NCBI GenBank assembly: GCA_964016885.1
Contig: OZ024741.1
Span: forward strand, 183,582,001 to 183,646,000
Direction of reading: 5' to 3'
DNA length: 64,000 nt
Source of the DNA: Eledone cirrhosa
Lineage: Eukaryota
This document shows, piece after piece, positions 25,013-37,256 of the stretch (its first letter is position 1; every line of letters begins with the position of its first letter). The position numbers were made by a program, and so were the translations under genes. The notes under the pieces were generated by a model. That model did no database searches. It had not been told where the DNA came from and saw only the letters and a list, made by a program, of their open reading frames with translations.

Positions 25013-28000
25013 GTTGGTGAAGCCACGCTTCTTATCGCCTCCAGTTTTTTTCAAAGTTTTAAACTCGTTTTCAACCGTTCTAAACCTTTTATTCAAGTTT
25101 TAAATTTGATAAAAGTTTAGAAGAAGTGACCCACCTAATACAGGGGTTCACTCGTAAATAATACGTGTAAATAATATTGTGTAAAAGTATAAAAAAAAAA
25201 AAATTTCAACATGGATAAAACAAGAAAGAGAGAGAGCGCTGTCAGACAACAGAGAGAGAGGGAGACTTTATCAGCATGTCAATAAGACAGCGTTCCAGCG
25301 GGGGTAAATATAAACGAAAATATTACAAAGGAAAAGAGGATTGTTACAGATTTAAAATTAGCAAATATTTCTAACACAAACAACACCAACAATAATACCA
25401 ACAACAACACCAACAACAACACCATCAATAACAACAGCAACAACAAAAATAACAGCGCTAAAGTCGAGAACGACAATAACAAAAATAACAGCGGTAAGGT
25501 CGAGAACGACAATAACAATGACAATAACAACAGCCACAACAGCAATAATAGTAGGAACAGTATCAACAAAAACAACAATAATAACAACAGTCACAATAAC
25601 AGTAACAACAGCCACAATAACAGTAACAACAGCAACAGTATCAACGAAAACAACAACAACACCAACAACTGTACCAACGAAAACATCAACAATGACATCG
25701 ATACCTGTAACAGCGATCTCAGTACCAAGAGTAAGACCAGTAGCGACAGCAATAGTGGTGCTGCTGAAAAAGGGACCACTTCTTTTGCAGGTGTCGCCCG
25801 AAATATCGAGACAGTGGTAGTCACAGAGGAGGAGATGGCAGTCGCAAGGGCCATGGTGACAAGAAGCGCCAATAGAGTCTCCCTGAATCCTCCACCCGAT
25901 TTTTTCAAGGACCAGCAGCTACGGACGGTGTCTTACCGCACCGTAAGCAAAATCTCACATCGGGTGGAGAGAGCCACGGAGGCTCAAATCCAAAAGGCCT
26001 TGGAGTACGTCTGGGCACGCAAAACCCACATCACCCGAGGCAGAAAGTACGCCACAGTAGACGTACTTTTCGCCAACCCCAGGAAGCAAAGTCTCACTCT
26101 TTGGAAACCCTAAAGAGTGAGGAGATAGTCTTGGTACCCTCCTACTGCGGGCAGAAAATTGTGAGGGTCAAAGTGACCCAGGTCCCACCCGACGTGCCCA
26201 TACCTTGGCTGGCCGCGTCTGTCCTTGCTGGAATCGAGGACAGGACAACCATGCTGCAAGTAGAGAAAATAGGGAGAGAGAATTTGTCAGGTATAGGCAT
26301 GCAAATGCTTATACAAACTGACCAGGAATGTATCGACGCTATCCCCGATATCATAGACATCGAGGAAGGACTCCAACTCCCTATAAGCGTAGAAGGAAGA
26401 CGGCCAAAATGTTATCTCTGTGGGTCGAAGGGTCACCCCAGGGCCTTTTGCCCGTAGAAGACAGCGAAGAAGAAGGCCCCTCTCCTTCCAATTACCTGGT
26501 CCGCTGCTACCAAGAGCAGGGCAGGCAACAGACGCAGAAGCCCCTTCCACGGTGAGTAGGAGGGTAACGTCCGTGGCACCCGTACCAAGGCCACGGACAA
26601 CTAAAGCAGCAGCATCATCAGTGGCGGCAACACCAACGGCTACATTTGAAGTAGCTACACCAGCAACAAAATTGCCGAAGAGGGCTCCACTACCACCACC
26701 AACAGCCGTGGAGCACATACCCCTCCCAGACGCCACGGAATCCGACATGGAGCTTGAGGCGGGAGTGAAGTGGCAAACGGTCTGCCACAAAAAAGAAAAA
26801 AGAAAAAAACCCTTAGATTCACCCTCCGAAAGCGAAGGCACACAAAGAGGGGTAAAGGCAGCAAGGAAACTTGCAGCAACACCACCACCATCACTATCAC
26901 CACCACAAGTACAACCGCCAACAACAACCACACCACCACCAGCATTACCAAAAACACCAACAATGCAAACAAAACAAAACACACACACCAAACAGCAACA
27001 AAATCACCCCTCCTCCCCAAAAGTACACAGCCATAAACATGGCAAAAAAAGAACTCATACAATATATAAAGCAGCACACAGACATCACAGAAACAAACTA
27101 CTACACCCCACCAACACCAAGAACTCTCCCGACAAACATAAGCATCATTGAAATCTCAATAGAACAGTACAAACCTTTAAAACAAAAATTCCCCAACGCA
27201 GTTGGAGACTTCAGATGGTCGGTTACCAAGAGGATATACACTGACATCTTGGAAACACCCATGACCAGCCAAAGGGACGGTTCTACTGTCTCTTCACCAC
27301 ACGATCAAGGTAAGTGACCCTTTCTCACTTGCCCCGTTTCTCATCCAACATGTCCGTACTCAGAATAGGCAGTATAAATGCACGTGGCCTGGGGCCATCT
27401 TGGAAGCAGGGTCACCTGCTCAACTACCTCAGGTCACTAAACATAGATGTGGTGGCCATCAGTGAGACCAGAATCTCCGAAGCACAAGCCTTTGCACCGA
27501 TCTTTGGCGGCTACGATATATACGCATCTCCCAGCCGTCCAGGATCGGGGGAGGGGTTGCCGTCCTTTTTCGGAAAGGCTTGGATCTCGCCATACGGGCC
27601 ATCTTCCTAGACCCAGAAGGTAAGTTGGTGATGCTGGACGTGACCGGCAGCGAAGGCAATGCTTTCAGGCTAGTAGCCGTCTACGCCCCAACAGAGGCAG
27701 GACGGCCAGATTTCTTCAGACGTCTAGAGACCTTTCTTGGAACGTCCCGCTCTTTAGTGTTAGTGGACGACTGGAACGGTATCTTGGATGCACTCTGTGA
27801 TTGTGTGGGGCTAGTGGATAGGGGAGGAGGGTGCAAGAGTCTCACCAACCTGCTCAGACGTTTTGAACTGTCTGACAGGTATCGACTGGATCACCCGATG
27901 TGCCAATGTGGACACGGACAAACCGCATCAAAGTCCTCCAGATCGTATCTCGATAGGGTATTCTGCAGGGATCTAGATAAGGCTAGTATAAGTTGTCCAC

Positions 28001-30693
28001 AATTTAAAATAGTCGACTACACAGACCACAAATTTGTGATCTGTGAGATCAGCATAGACAGACTTCATAGACAAGGGCCCGGTTACTTGAAGCTGAACGC
28101 GTCTTTCCCGGCGCGCAAAGCATACAGAGACCGGATTAGCGTATTAGTTAAGCGGACGTTGACGGGAGCGGTCGTCAACAACAGGTGGTGGTTCGCCCTG
28201 AAAAGGGTAATTAAAGTAGAGTCGATTAGGTTTAGCAAAGGACTAGTGATAGAGGAAAATAGAGTAGAGGGAGAGCTAGTCAGAAAGCTAGAAGAGGCGT
28301 TTAGGACAGGCATCGCAACCGACGTGCTTGCGGCGAGATTGGCATTCGACCAATTCTTCAACCCAAAACACGAAGGCTGCGTTGTCAGAGCTAGAGCGCG
28401 TGCTCTGAAACACGAGGGGACAAAAGCCGTCCAATGGGCCCGGGTGGCAGAGGCGCGACGTGGCAACAAAGCCACAATACGGTCCTTGTCTGACAAAAAA
28501 CGGGTGCGTGTTACTCGAACCCGAGCAGATGTGTGATGCTTTTCAGCAGCACTTTGTTGAACTGTTTGGGAGCAGCGGTGGATCGGATCGGGGCATGGAC
28601 TTCAGTGCATACCTCGACGGACTGCCTCGGCTCTCGACGACCGCAGCACAGTGTTGCGAAAAGCCAATAACAGCCGATGAAATACGGGAAGCGATGGCTA
28701 ACTGCACGAGGAGTAAATCGCCAGGTTTGGATGGTCTGCCCTACGAGCTTTATGCATTTATGCCAGACTTGTTCATTGACCTCTTGGCAGACGTCTACTG
28801 CAACTGGCAGCAGAACGGGAGCATTCGCAGTTTTGTGAGCCGGGGAGCGGTGGCGCTGCTGAGAAAAGACCCGAACAAGGGGGATGTTATCGATAATTTA
28901 AGGCCCATAACCCTGCTAAACGCAGAGTTCAAGATTTTGGCCAAGGTATTAGCAACGAGGTTGGCACTTGTCGTCAAGGGTCTGGTGGGAGAGGCGCATA
29001 TATGCGCCATTCCGGACAGATCCATACACGGCAACCTCCACCTCATGCAATACATCATAGAGAGGGTGGTTAAGGAACCTGGCATGGGTGGGGCCCTGAT
29101 CAACTTGGATCAATCCAAAGCATTCGATGGGGTCGACCATCGGTATCTGGCGGTGGTCCTCGGGGCAGCCGGTTTCGGGCCCGTTTTCGGGGGTTGGATC
29201 GCTGCGATGTACAGCGACATCTGCTCAGTTGTGAGCGTGAATGGTCACCTGTCACAGCCGTTCAGCATCATGCGCTCAGTCCGCCAGGGTTGTCCCCTCT
29301 CGTCCCTCTTGTACGTATTGGCTCTCGAGCCGTTACTGCACAAACTGGGGGCGATGAGGGGCGTCCCACGCGAACTAGGATGCGGGAAATCCGAGTCGGC
29401 TTACGCCGACGACGTCACCATCGTGGTCTCGAGCAATAGACACGTCCAGATGCTCGGCACCGCTCTCAAGGAATACGAAGCGGTGACAGGAGCAAAGATA
29501 AACCAGGAAAACTCGGGGGGCTTGCAGCTCGGCACCTGGAGAGGCAAGTCCATTCTGTCCGACAGCGTCGTGGGGCGTTGGACGGACGGACCGGTTAAAT
29601 TGCTCGGGGTCTGGTTCGGACCGGACCTCCAGATGGAGAAAAACTGGAACGAGGTGACGAGCAAGGTGGCCTCCCTCACCCAGAAATGGGCCGAGAGGAA
29701 GCTGTCCCTGAAAGGCCGGGCGGAGGTGGCGAATGCGTACATCGCATCCGTCATCTGCTACCGCCTCACCGTCGTCCCTTGCTCCGGCCCAACTCTCACC
29801 AAAATGGAGCACCTCCTCTTGCGCTTTTTGTGGAAGGGACGCGCTCCCATGTTCAGACGATCCATCTGCTGTCAACACCCGTTGCATGTAGGACTGGGCT
29901 TGCCATGGCTGATGATGCACAAACATGCGCTGAGACTGCGACATCTCTGGTGCTTCCTTGACGGTGAACAGGTGTGGTCGCCGTTCACCAGGCACGTTTT
30001 CCCACAGCTCGTCTCCTTGACGGAGCTGCAGTCCTGGGTCAGAAAAAGACCGAGGGATAGCGCTTGGAAACTGGAATGTCTCCAGGCGCTCACTGCCCTC
30101 TGCCAGCTGGGCACCAGTATCGGTGGAACATCCACCTCGGCGTTCTATAGAGGACTAGTGGAGGATAAGAGTGACGACGTTCTCGGAGAGATCCTGGGCG
30201 TCGAAGAAGATCACCTGTTGCCCTCTTCCGGAGAACTTTCAGCCCAGGGCCTATGGATAACTTCCAAAAATCCTTGGCCTGGCAGTGCTACCAGGGAGCG
30301 CTGCCGGTTCGAGATAAGCTCTACAGGCACGGAAGTGCGGTCAGCCGGGCCTGTCCGAGATGCGCGTAGAGTGACGAAACCGTCGTGCACGCACTCGTTC
30401 AGTGCCCGAGCATTGCTGAATTGTGGAGCTATGTCGAACAGTTGCTGTCGCGTGTAGGACTGATCCGGTGATCGACTGAGTCCATTGTGCAGATGGTCTC
30501 GCCGTCTTCCTTCGAGGAGGAAGGGCAGGCGGTTTTCATCTGCCTGGTGGCCATGGCGAAAGAGATTGTGTGGTGGACAAGGTTGAAAGGGTTAAAGACA
30601 GACACTTTCCTCTTCGGCGAATCCCTGATTAACTTTTTTAAGTTTCACTTGAAGAAGAAAATCAGGGTGGAGAGGCAAGTGCTGCCTTCTAGA
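25013..30693 (+). mobile_element. Tx1/L1-type LINE copy 1, decayed and missing its 3' end at this position
   Basis: ORF1 approx. 25211-27317 with gag knuckle CYLCGSKGHPRAFC. ORF2 from 27350 has APE (IGSINARGL, SETR, YLDRV, TDH) and RT (SPGLDG, RPITLL, RQGCPLS, AYADD), with several frameshifts and stops. Confidence 0.92.
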
Positions 30694-30845
30694 AGATATT
30701 CAGGACGTATCGGAGGGTTCTTGCTGTTGCCAGCAAGAATGCCTTTTGAAGTGTTCTAAAAAGCGGGGCTGGACTAATCTTCTTTACCCATCCTTGGAAG
30801 CTCTTTGAGATAGTACCTAGTGCGCCTATGACAATCGGGACGACC
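30694..30845 (-). mobile_element. Approx. 150-bp fragment of the Dong family found at 19958-23710
   Basis: Highly similar to 20037-20187 (agatattcaggacgtatc...cctatgacaatcgggacgac). Confidence 0.85.
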
Positions 30846-30876
30846 TTGATTATTATTATTATTATTATTATTATTA

Positions 30877-33800
30877 CAGTTGCATTTATCTTGCTTTATG
30901 TTCATACGAGTTATTACCAAGTCCCAACCAGTGACCTCAAGAGACAACAAGGTCCCATGTTCAAGAAAGAACATACATACACACACATGCACCTTTAGTG
31001 ATGTACTTGTGATGTACTTATATTGACAGAATATTTCACAGTATATGGGCAGTTCCCATTAGTACTATCTTTTGTATTCCTCCTATACGCGCGTTTCCTG
31101 GGATTTGCGATAAGTAATCATTAGACCCCTTAGGTATCATTCCTAGAGCGCCTACAACCACTGGTATTGTTTTAGTTCTCAATTTCCACATTTTTCCAAT
31201 TTCTATCTCCAGGTCCTTATACTTGCTCAATTTTTCAAATGTTTTTATATATACATTCTTGTCTATTGGAACAGACATATCAATTAGCAGACATACCCTC
31301 TTTTTAAAGTCCTTCAGTATTATATCAGGTCTATTACATCTATTTTTCGTTGTTTGGATGCTAAAGTTCCACAAGATTGAGATGTGATCTTTTTCAAGTA
31401 TGGGATGTGGTTGATGCTCCCACCAATTCTTTTGATGCGGCAGGTCAAAATGCTTGCACATTATCCAATGTATGTATTGTGCAGGTCTGTCATGCCTGTT
31501 TAGGTATTCGGTTGGAGCTATAGGACTGCACATTGAAATTATATGATCAATGGTCTCTGGTTGACATACACGGCATAATGGGTTGCATCCATTTTTTATT
31601 ATATTGGCTTGGTAATTTTTTGTTGGCAGACACTGATCTTGTGCTGATATAATCAGTCCTTCAGTCTCCGATTTCAGTCCAGAGGATGCCAACCACTGAT
31701 GGGTTAAAGTTTTGTCAACATCAGGATTGTTAGCTCTTTCTGGGTATTTCCCATACAGAGGCTTTTCTTGCCATTTCTTAGCCAGTTTCTGTAGCAGTTC
31801 TTTCTTTGCAGTTACTTTTACCTGCTTTGCTTTTTCTGTGTTTTCCATTTCAGCAGTAAATGGGACTTCTGAAATTTGTACTCCATTACTTTATCTTTGT
31901 GCATCTTTTGTAATGGAGTATGATCTTTTGATGCTTTCGTGTTTCAAAACGAGTTTGATCATCCAATCATGTGATTCCCTTAGATATGTAGATAATCCAA
32001 TTGTTGCAGTTTTCAACGCAATATCTAGCTGGATTAACCCACGTCCTCCTTCTTTCCTAGGGAGATATATTCTATCTGTATCTGCCTTAGGGTGATGCAT
32101 TTGTGCATGGTTCAGAATTTTCTAATTTTTGTATCGAGCCTACTGATCTCTGTGCTTGACCAGTTGATGACATTGTAACTCTAGGTTACTACTGGTATGG
32201 CAAGCGTGTTTATGGCATCGATCCTATTCCTTGCATTCAATTCCGTTCTTAAGATTGCTCTTACTCTGCTGTAACATTCCTTCCTTATCCTTTCCCTCAT
32301 TGTCGAGTGCTTGATTCCGTCTCCTCCACAAACACCTAGATATTTGTAAGTTTCCTCTTGATCAAGTTCTCTTATCACATTCCCCCGATCAAGATTAATG
32401 TCTGAACTTTTAAGCAGCTTTCCTCTGGTGAACGTTGCTTTGACGCATTTATTATTATCCAAACTCCATTTTAATGTCATCACTGAACTGCTCCACAATT
32501 GTTCATCATTTTTTGCAAATAGTTTCAGGTCATCCATGTAGAACAAGTGATTAATGGTTTTGTCATAGACTTTATATCCATGTTTTGTTTCATTGAGCAT
32601 TTTACTTAATGGTATAAGTGCGATGCAGAATAAAAGCGGTGATAAAGACCCTGAAAAATTCTACAATTAATATTAACTTCTCCAGCTTCCAGTGATTTTG
32701 TTTCACTATTCAAAAGGAGTGTCGTTTTCCATGTCTTCATACTGAATGACAAGAACCTCCTGACAACGGGAGATATTTTGAAAATCTCTAAACATTTTTC
32801 AATCCAACTGTGTGGCCAACTATCGAATGCTTTTTTATAATCTATCCAAGCAATTGATAGATTTTTGTGTCTATTATGACAATCTTCCAGTATCATTTTG
32901 TTAACCAAAAGCTGATCCTTACAGCCATATGAGCCTCGTTTACACCCTTTCTGCTCATTGGGAAATAGGTAATTTGTTATCAGGTGGTCATATGTATATT
33001 AAGTTAGGACTGATGTTAAAATTTTATACATTGTGGTCAAGCAAGTTATCTGTCTGTAATTTTTGGCATTGTTTGTCTCATCATTCTTCGGAAGCAGGAA
33101 TGTAATGCCGTTAACTAGCCATGATGGTATCTGTTCTGGCTCCTTAACTATTTCATTGTAAAGTTGGGCTAACAGCTCATGAGACTCTGTGAGTCAAATT
33201 TGGTATTTTGTCTTTTCCTGGGGATTTCCATTTGCTGGTTTTTCTAAGAGCCAAACGCAACTGTTCAACTGTTATATTTTCCCATATTTGTTCCTGAAGG
33301 TGAGCTGTATAATCATTTGTCTGTCTATCCATGGGGCATGTATATTATGAAATTTTTCTTCGGCCCAGAACTTTTCCCAGAATTCTTGCACTTCCTCCTT
33401 GGGTGGTATTGATTTAGCAGTTATTGTTGACTTGCCAATTTTTCTGTAGAAGTTTCTTTGGTTGTTTTTGAACATATTATTGTCCTTATAGAATCTAGAT
33501 CGTTTTTCAAAGCGCCTTATACGAGCAGCTTTGCTTGATTATTTCTATCAGCATGTCTATGTCACTTGCTGATTTTATACTGTATTTTCTTTTCAATTTT
33601 CTAAGTTTATTTTGTTTACCATGTCCACCTACTTTGTAGTTTGTTAAAGTTTCTATGTCAGATCGGAGAAGGTTTATTTAGCGATTGATGTTCTCTTGCC
33701 AAGTAGATTTCTTGTGGGAATTCCTTTGTTTTTTCATTTTCACTCCACATAAGTGAGTGGTGACTTTAGCCGATGCATAATAGAGATGATTTAAATCAGT

Positions 33801-34768
33801 AATGTTTAGTTTGTTTGTGATGATAATGTTTTTGAGAATTATGTTAGTCTTGTGTATTATCCTTTGGTTCTGTTTGGAGTTCTGGATCTTAGGGAGGGTG
33901 TCTCGTTCCCCCCATGTCAGATTCTTTCATTTTCATCCATTCGATCATAATTTCATCCTTCAAGTTGGCAAGTTCATTCTCATTCATTTCCTTATCATTG
34001 ACGATCTCATTGTTTTCATTTTGAGTTTCATCTTGAGCATGCACTCCCTCCACTTTTTTCGATCCTTTCTTTAATTTGTTCTGTTGTCAGTGATTCCGCC
34101 CCAACCCTGGGATTCGAAGTGTTACAATTTACCTCGTTTTCACTGACACATGTTTCATTTTCCTTTCGCTGACTTTGTGCTAATAGCTTGATCTGATCAA
34201 TTTCTATATCAGTTAGTAACTTTTTTTTAACAATATTTCTTCGTATATTGGCTAGTTTGTTACTGTCAATATGGTCTCTGCTTTCGGGATGTTTCTTTTT
34301 CCAGTTGATATATGTTTTTTCTGTATTCGATGTATTTGATGGGTAGTACATGGCAGTGTAGAAGGCCTCAAGGACTTCTTTATTATCTTCCCTTGAACAT
34401 TTTTCGCTCTTTTTCTTTGGATTTCTTGGTGGTGAGCATGGAGGGCCAACAGTAGGAGTATTCCGGTTATGGGAGGTCTCCAGCTCCGAAGTGATGGGAA
34501 GGTTTGAACCATTAGCTGATTTTTCGACTCCAGTCTGGTTCCTCTCTGAGGGACGCGGCCCTTTTTGACCCGGGTGAAGGCCGATCCGGTATGAGATTTT
34601 ATCATTTGACATTTACTTTATTTTGTCGCGTTTTATCCTTAACCGCCAAGGGGTAATTATTTCGTGTTACCACTTCTAGGACGAGTGTCAACCAAGACTA
34701 GAGGGGTCGTCCTCCCCCAGAGACACGGCTATTCCCCGCCGGCCGCCATCCCGGTATTTCTTGGTCAC
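30877..34768 (-). mobile_element. Second Dong/R4-clade LINE, apparently full length but decayed
   Basis: WIDYKKAFDS, HLFYMDDLKL, YKYLG, CRVC..TIDHIISMC and RLE NRPDII..LIDMSVP..EKLSKY. (TAA)n at the 3' end; ORF start near 34612; structured 5' UTR. Confidence 0.9.
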
Positions 34769-34769
34769 A

Positions 34770-34878
34770 TTATTTTTGTTTTTTTTACACGCAGAAATGC
34801 CCATTTGTACCGTCCTGTATTGTCCTGTACTGTCCTTAATGTCTACTTTATGTAAACCCTTGTGGTTAATAAAGAAAG

Positions 34879-34909
<31 letters not shown>
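34770..34909 (+). mobile_element. Tx1 3' UTR fragment with polyA signal and (TTA)n tail
   Basis: Matches 40818-40972 with 2 differences over about 100 bp, and contains aataaa. Confidence 0.88.
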
Positions 34910-35124
34910 GAATGCCATGGTTGACGGAGGCTCGGCTCTGTAAGGTATAGTAATTTTTAACCGTTAAAACAATTGTAAATTGTTTAAAACTTGAACCAAA
35001 TTGTTGATAAAGACACCCTCCTCCTCGTGAGAGGGGTCTTTCTGTCCGTTATTTGGCCCTTCGGGGTTAAATAACCAGTTATTGGGGTTTTGTACCCAAA
35101 ATTTCATTTTAAACAAAAAACAAC

Positions 35125-37221
35125 ATGGCTACGAAAAAGAAATTTCATACGTCACTCCCACTCATTCCGTCTTCTTCTTCCTCAATCATCACTACAGCAG
35201 AGAGAAGATTGTCTCTCTCCCTCCCTTCTTTAAATGTGTCTCTCTCCCTCCCTTCTCTTTCGCAAGTGACGAAAGAAAAGAAAAGTCTCGTGCAAAGCGT
35301 GCAAGGTTTCTCCACGACGACGACGACAGCGACGAAACAGGTGTGCGGGAAATACGAAAACCCAGTTCATTCGTCTGACGTCAGGAATAATAGCAGTAGC
35401 AGCCGTAATAACAACAGCAACAGTGACAATGAAAACAACAGTAGCAGCCGCAACAGCATCACCAGCAGCATAAACAACAACAGCATTAGCAGCAGCAACA
35501 CCAACAACAACCACAGCAACAGCGGCGGAGGCAGTAGTCGTAGTACCTGCAGCAACAACAAAAGTACCAGCAGCTCTGACGACAACAACAACAGCAGAGA
35601 TAAACCAATCTCATTTGCAGGTATTGCGAAAAACTTGGAAACAATCCTCATAACAAATGAGGAATTAGAGGAAGCGAAGAAGATGGTGACAAAGAACGGA
35701 CACCGAGCAATCTGCAAGGCAGCGGAAAAATTTTTCGAAACCCAAGAGCACTGTACGGTCACGTACCGTACAGTAAGTACAAAATCCCGTAGGGTGGAAA
35801 GAGCCACAGAGGCCCAAATACAAAAAGCCTTGGGGTCTGTGTGGCAGCGGAAAACGCACATCACCCGAGGCAAAAAATATGCCACCGTAGACATACTTTT
35901 TGCCACACCCCAGGAGGCAAAGGCCCAATCAGTAGTGACCCTAAGGAGCGAGGAAATGGTGTTGGTGCCCTCCTACTGCGGGCAAAAAATTGTGAGGGTC
36001 AAACTGACCCACGTCCCACCCGGAATGACCCCTTCTTGGCTGGCCGCGTCTGTCCTCGTCGGAATCGAGGACAAAACAACTGTACTGCAAGTACAGAAAA
36101 AAGTAAGAGAAGATTGGGTCGGCTCCTCCATTGAGATGCTAATCCAAACCAACCAGGAGTGCATCGAAGCTATCCCGGATGTGATAGACTTCGATAACGG
36201 CACTCAACTGCCCATAAGTGTTGAGGGCAAACGCCCGAAATGCTTTCGCTGTGGATCGAAGACTCACCTCAGGGCCTTCTGCAACGAGAAGACCCTGAGA
36301 AAGGAGAAAACCCCCCTCCTTCCGAATCCGGCTCCACGGCTACCAGCAACAGGACAAGCGGCAACCAGGAACGATAGGTCCGTGGCACCCATACCCACTC
36401 CACGGAAATCAAAAACAGCAGCAGCAGTGGAAATATTAACAACAACAACAGCAATACCAAATGCAGCTGCAACAGAGACTCCAGTGCAAACATCACCAAC
36501 AACAACAAGTGAAAGAGTGGAGCTGGTACCCCTCCCCGACCTCACAGAATCAGACATGGAGTGTGAGGTGGGAGAGGGATGGCAAAAGGTCGCAAGAAGG
36601 CACAAACGCAGAAGCAGCGCATCGTCGCCTTTGAAAAGGGAGGAAAGAAATGAGAAAAGGGTAAAGTCTACTGCAAAGAGACCCACAGCAGCAACACCAC
36701 CAACACCATCACCACCCACACCAGCACCACCATCACCACCGGCGACAACCCCACCGCCAACAACACCTTCAACACCACCACCACAAGCACCAACATCGCA
36801 AACACAACAACAAAACACACACACCCAGCAACAACGACAAGAAAATAGCAGAACCACACCCCACCCCCAGAAAAACAAATGCACGGCAATAAACACACAC
36901 AACAAGAAACTAATGACTTACATAATTGAACACACAGACATTTCACAACAGGACTACATAATACCAGCACCAATCAAAACGCCAACTAACATAAGACTGC
37001 TAAAAATAGCACAGAAACAATACACAAACATTAAAACGAAATTCCCCAACGCAGTTGGTGATTTCAGGGACCTAGGAGGAACCATCAATCGAAGAGTATA
37101 TTCAGACATTCTCTTAGAAGAGCCGACGACCAGCCGAAGGGACGATTCAACGGTCCCTTCACCAGACGATCAAGTGAAAAGGGATGTAAAAACCATCCCT
37201 CCTCTACCAAAAGTACGGTAA
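35125..37221 (+). CDS. LINE ORF1 protein (698 aa): Asn/Ser-rich N-terminus, CCHC gag knuckle, Pro/Thr-rich linker
   Basis: Open frame with CFRCGSKTHLRAFC; homologous to the copy-1 ORF1 pieces. Confidence 0.9.
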   Translation: MATKKKFHTSLPLIPSSSSSIITTAERRLSLSLPSLNVSLSLPSLSQVTKEKKSLVQSVQGFSTTTTTATKQVCGKYENPVHSSDVRNNSSSSRNNNSNSDNENNSSSRNSITSSINNNSISSSNTNNNHSNSGGGSSRSTCSNNKSTSSSDDNNNSRDKPISFAGIAKNLETILITNEELEEAKKMVTKNGHRAICKAAEKFFETQEHCTVTYRTVSTKSRRVERATEAQIQKALGSVWQRKTHITRGKKYATVDILFATPQEAKAQSVVTLRSEEMVLVPSYCGQKIVRVKLTHVPPGMTPSWLAASVLVGIEDKTTVLQVQKKVREDWVGSSIEMLIQTNQECIEAIPDVIDFDNGTQLPISVEGKRPKCFRCGSKTHLRAFCNEKTLRKEKTPLLPNPAPRLPATGQAATRNDRSVAPIPTPRKSKTAAAVEILTTTTAIPNAAATETPVQTSPTTTSERVELVPLPDLTESDMECEVGEGWQKVARRHKRRSSASSPLKREERNEKRVKSTAKRPTAATPPTPSPPTPAPPSPPATTPPPTTPSTPPPQAPTSQTQQQNTHTQQQRQENSRTTPHPQKNKCTAINTHNKKLMTYIIEHTDISQQDYIIPAPIKTPTNIRLLKIAQKQYTNIKTKFPNAVGDFRDLGGTINRRVYSDILLEEPTTSRRDDSTVPSPDDQVKRDVKTIPPLPKVR

Positions 37222-37256
37222 GTGGTCTTTCCCATCTTTTCCACTCTATTTTAAAC

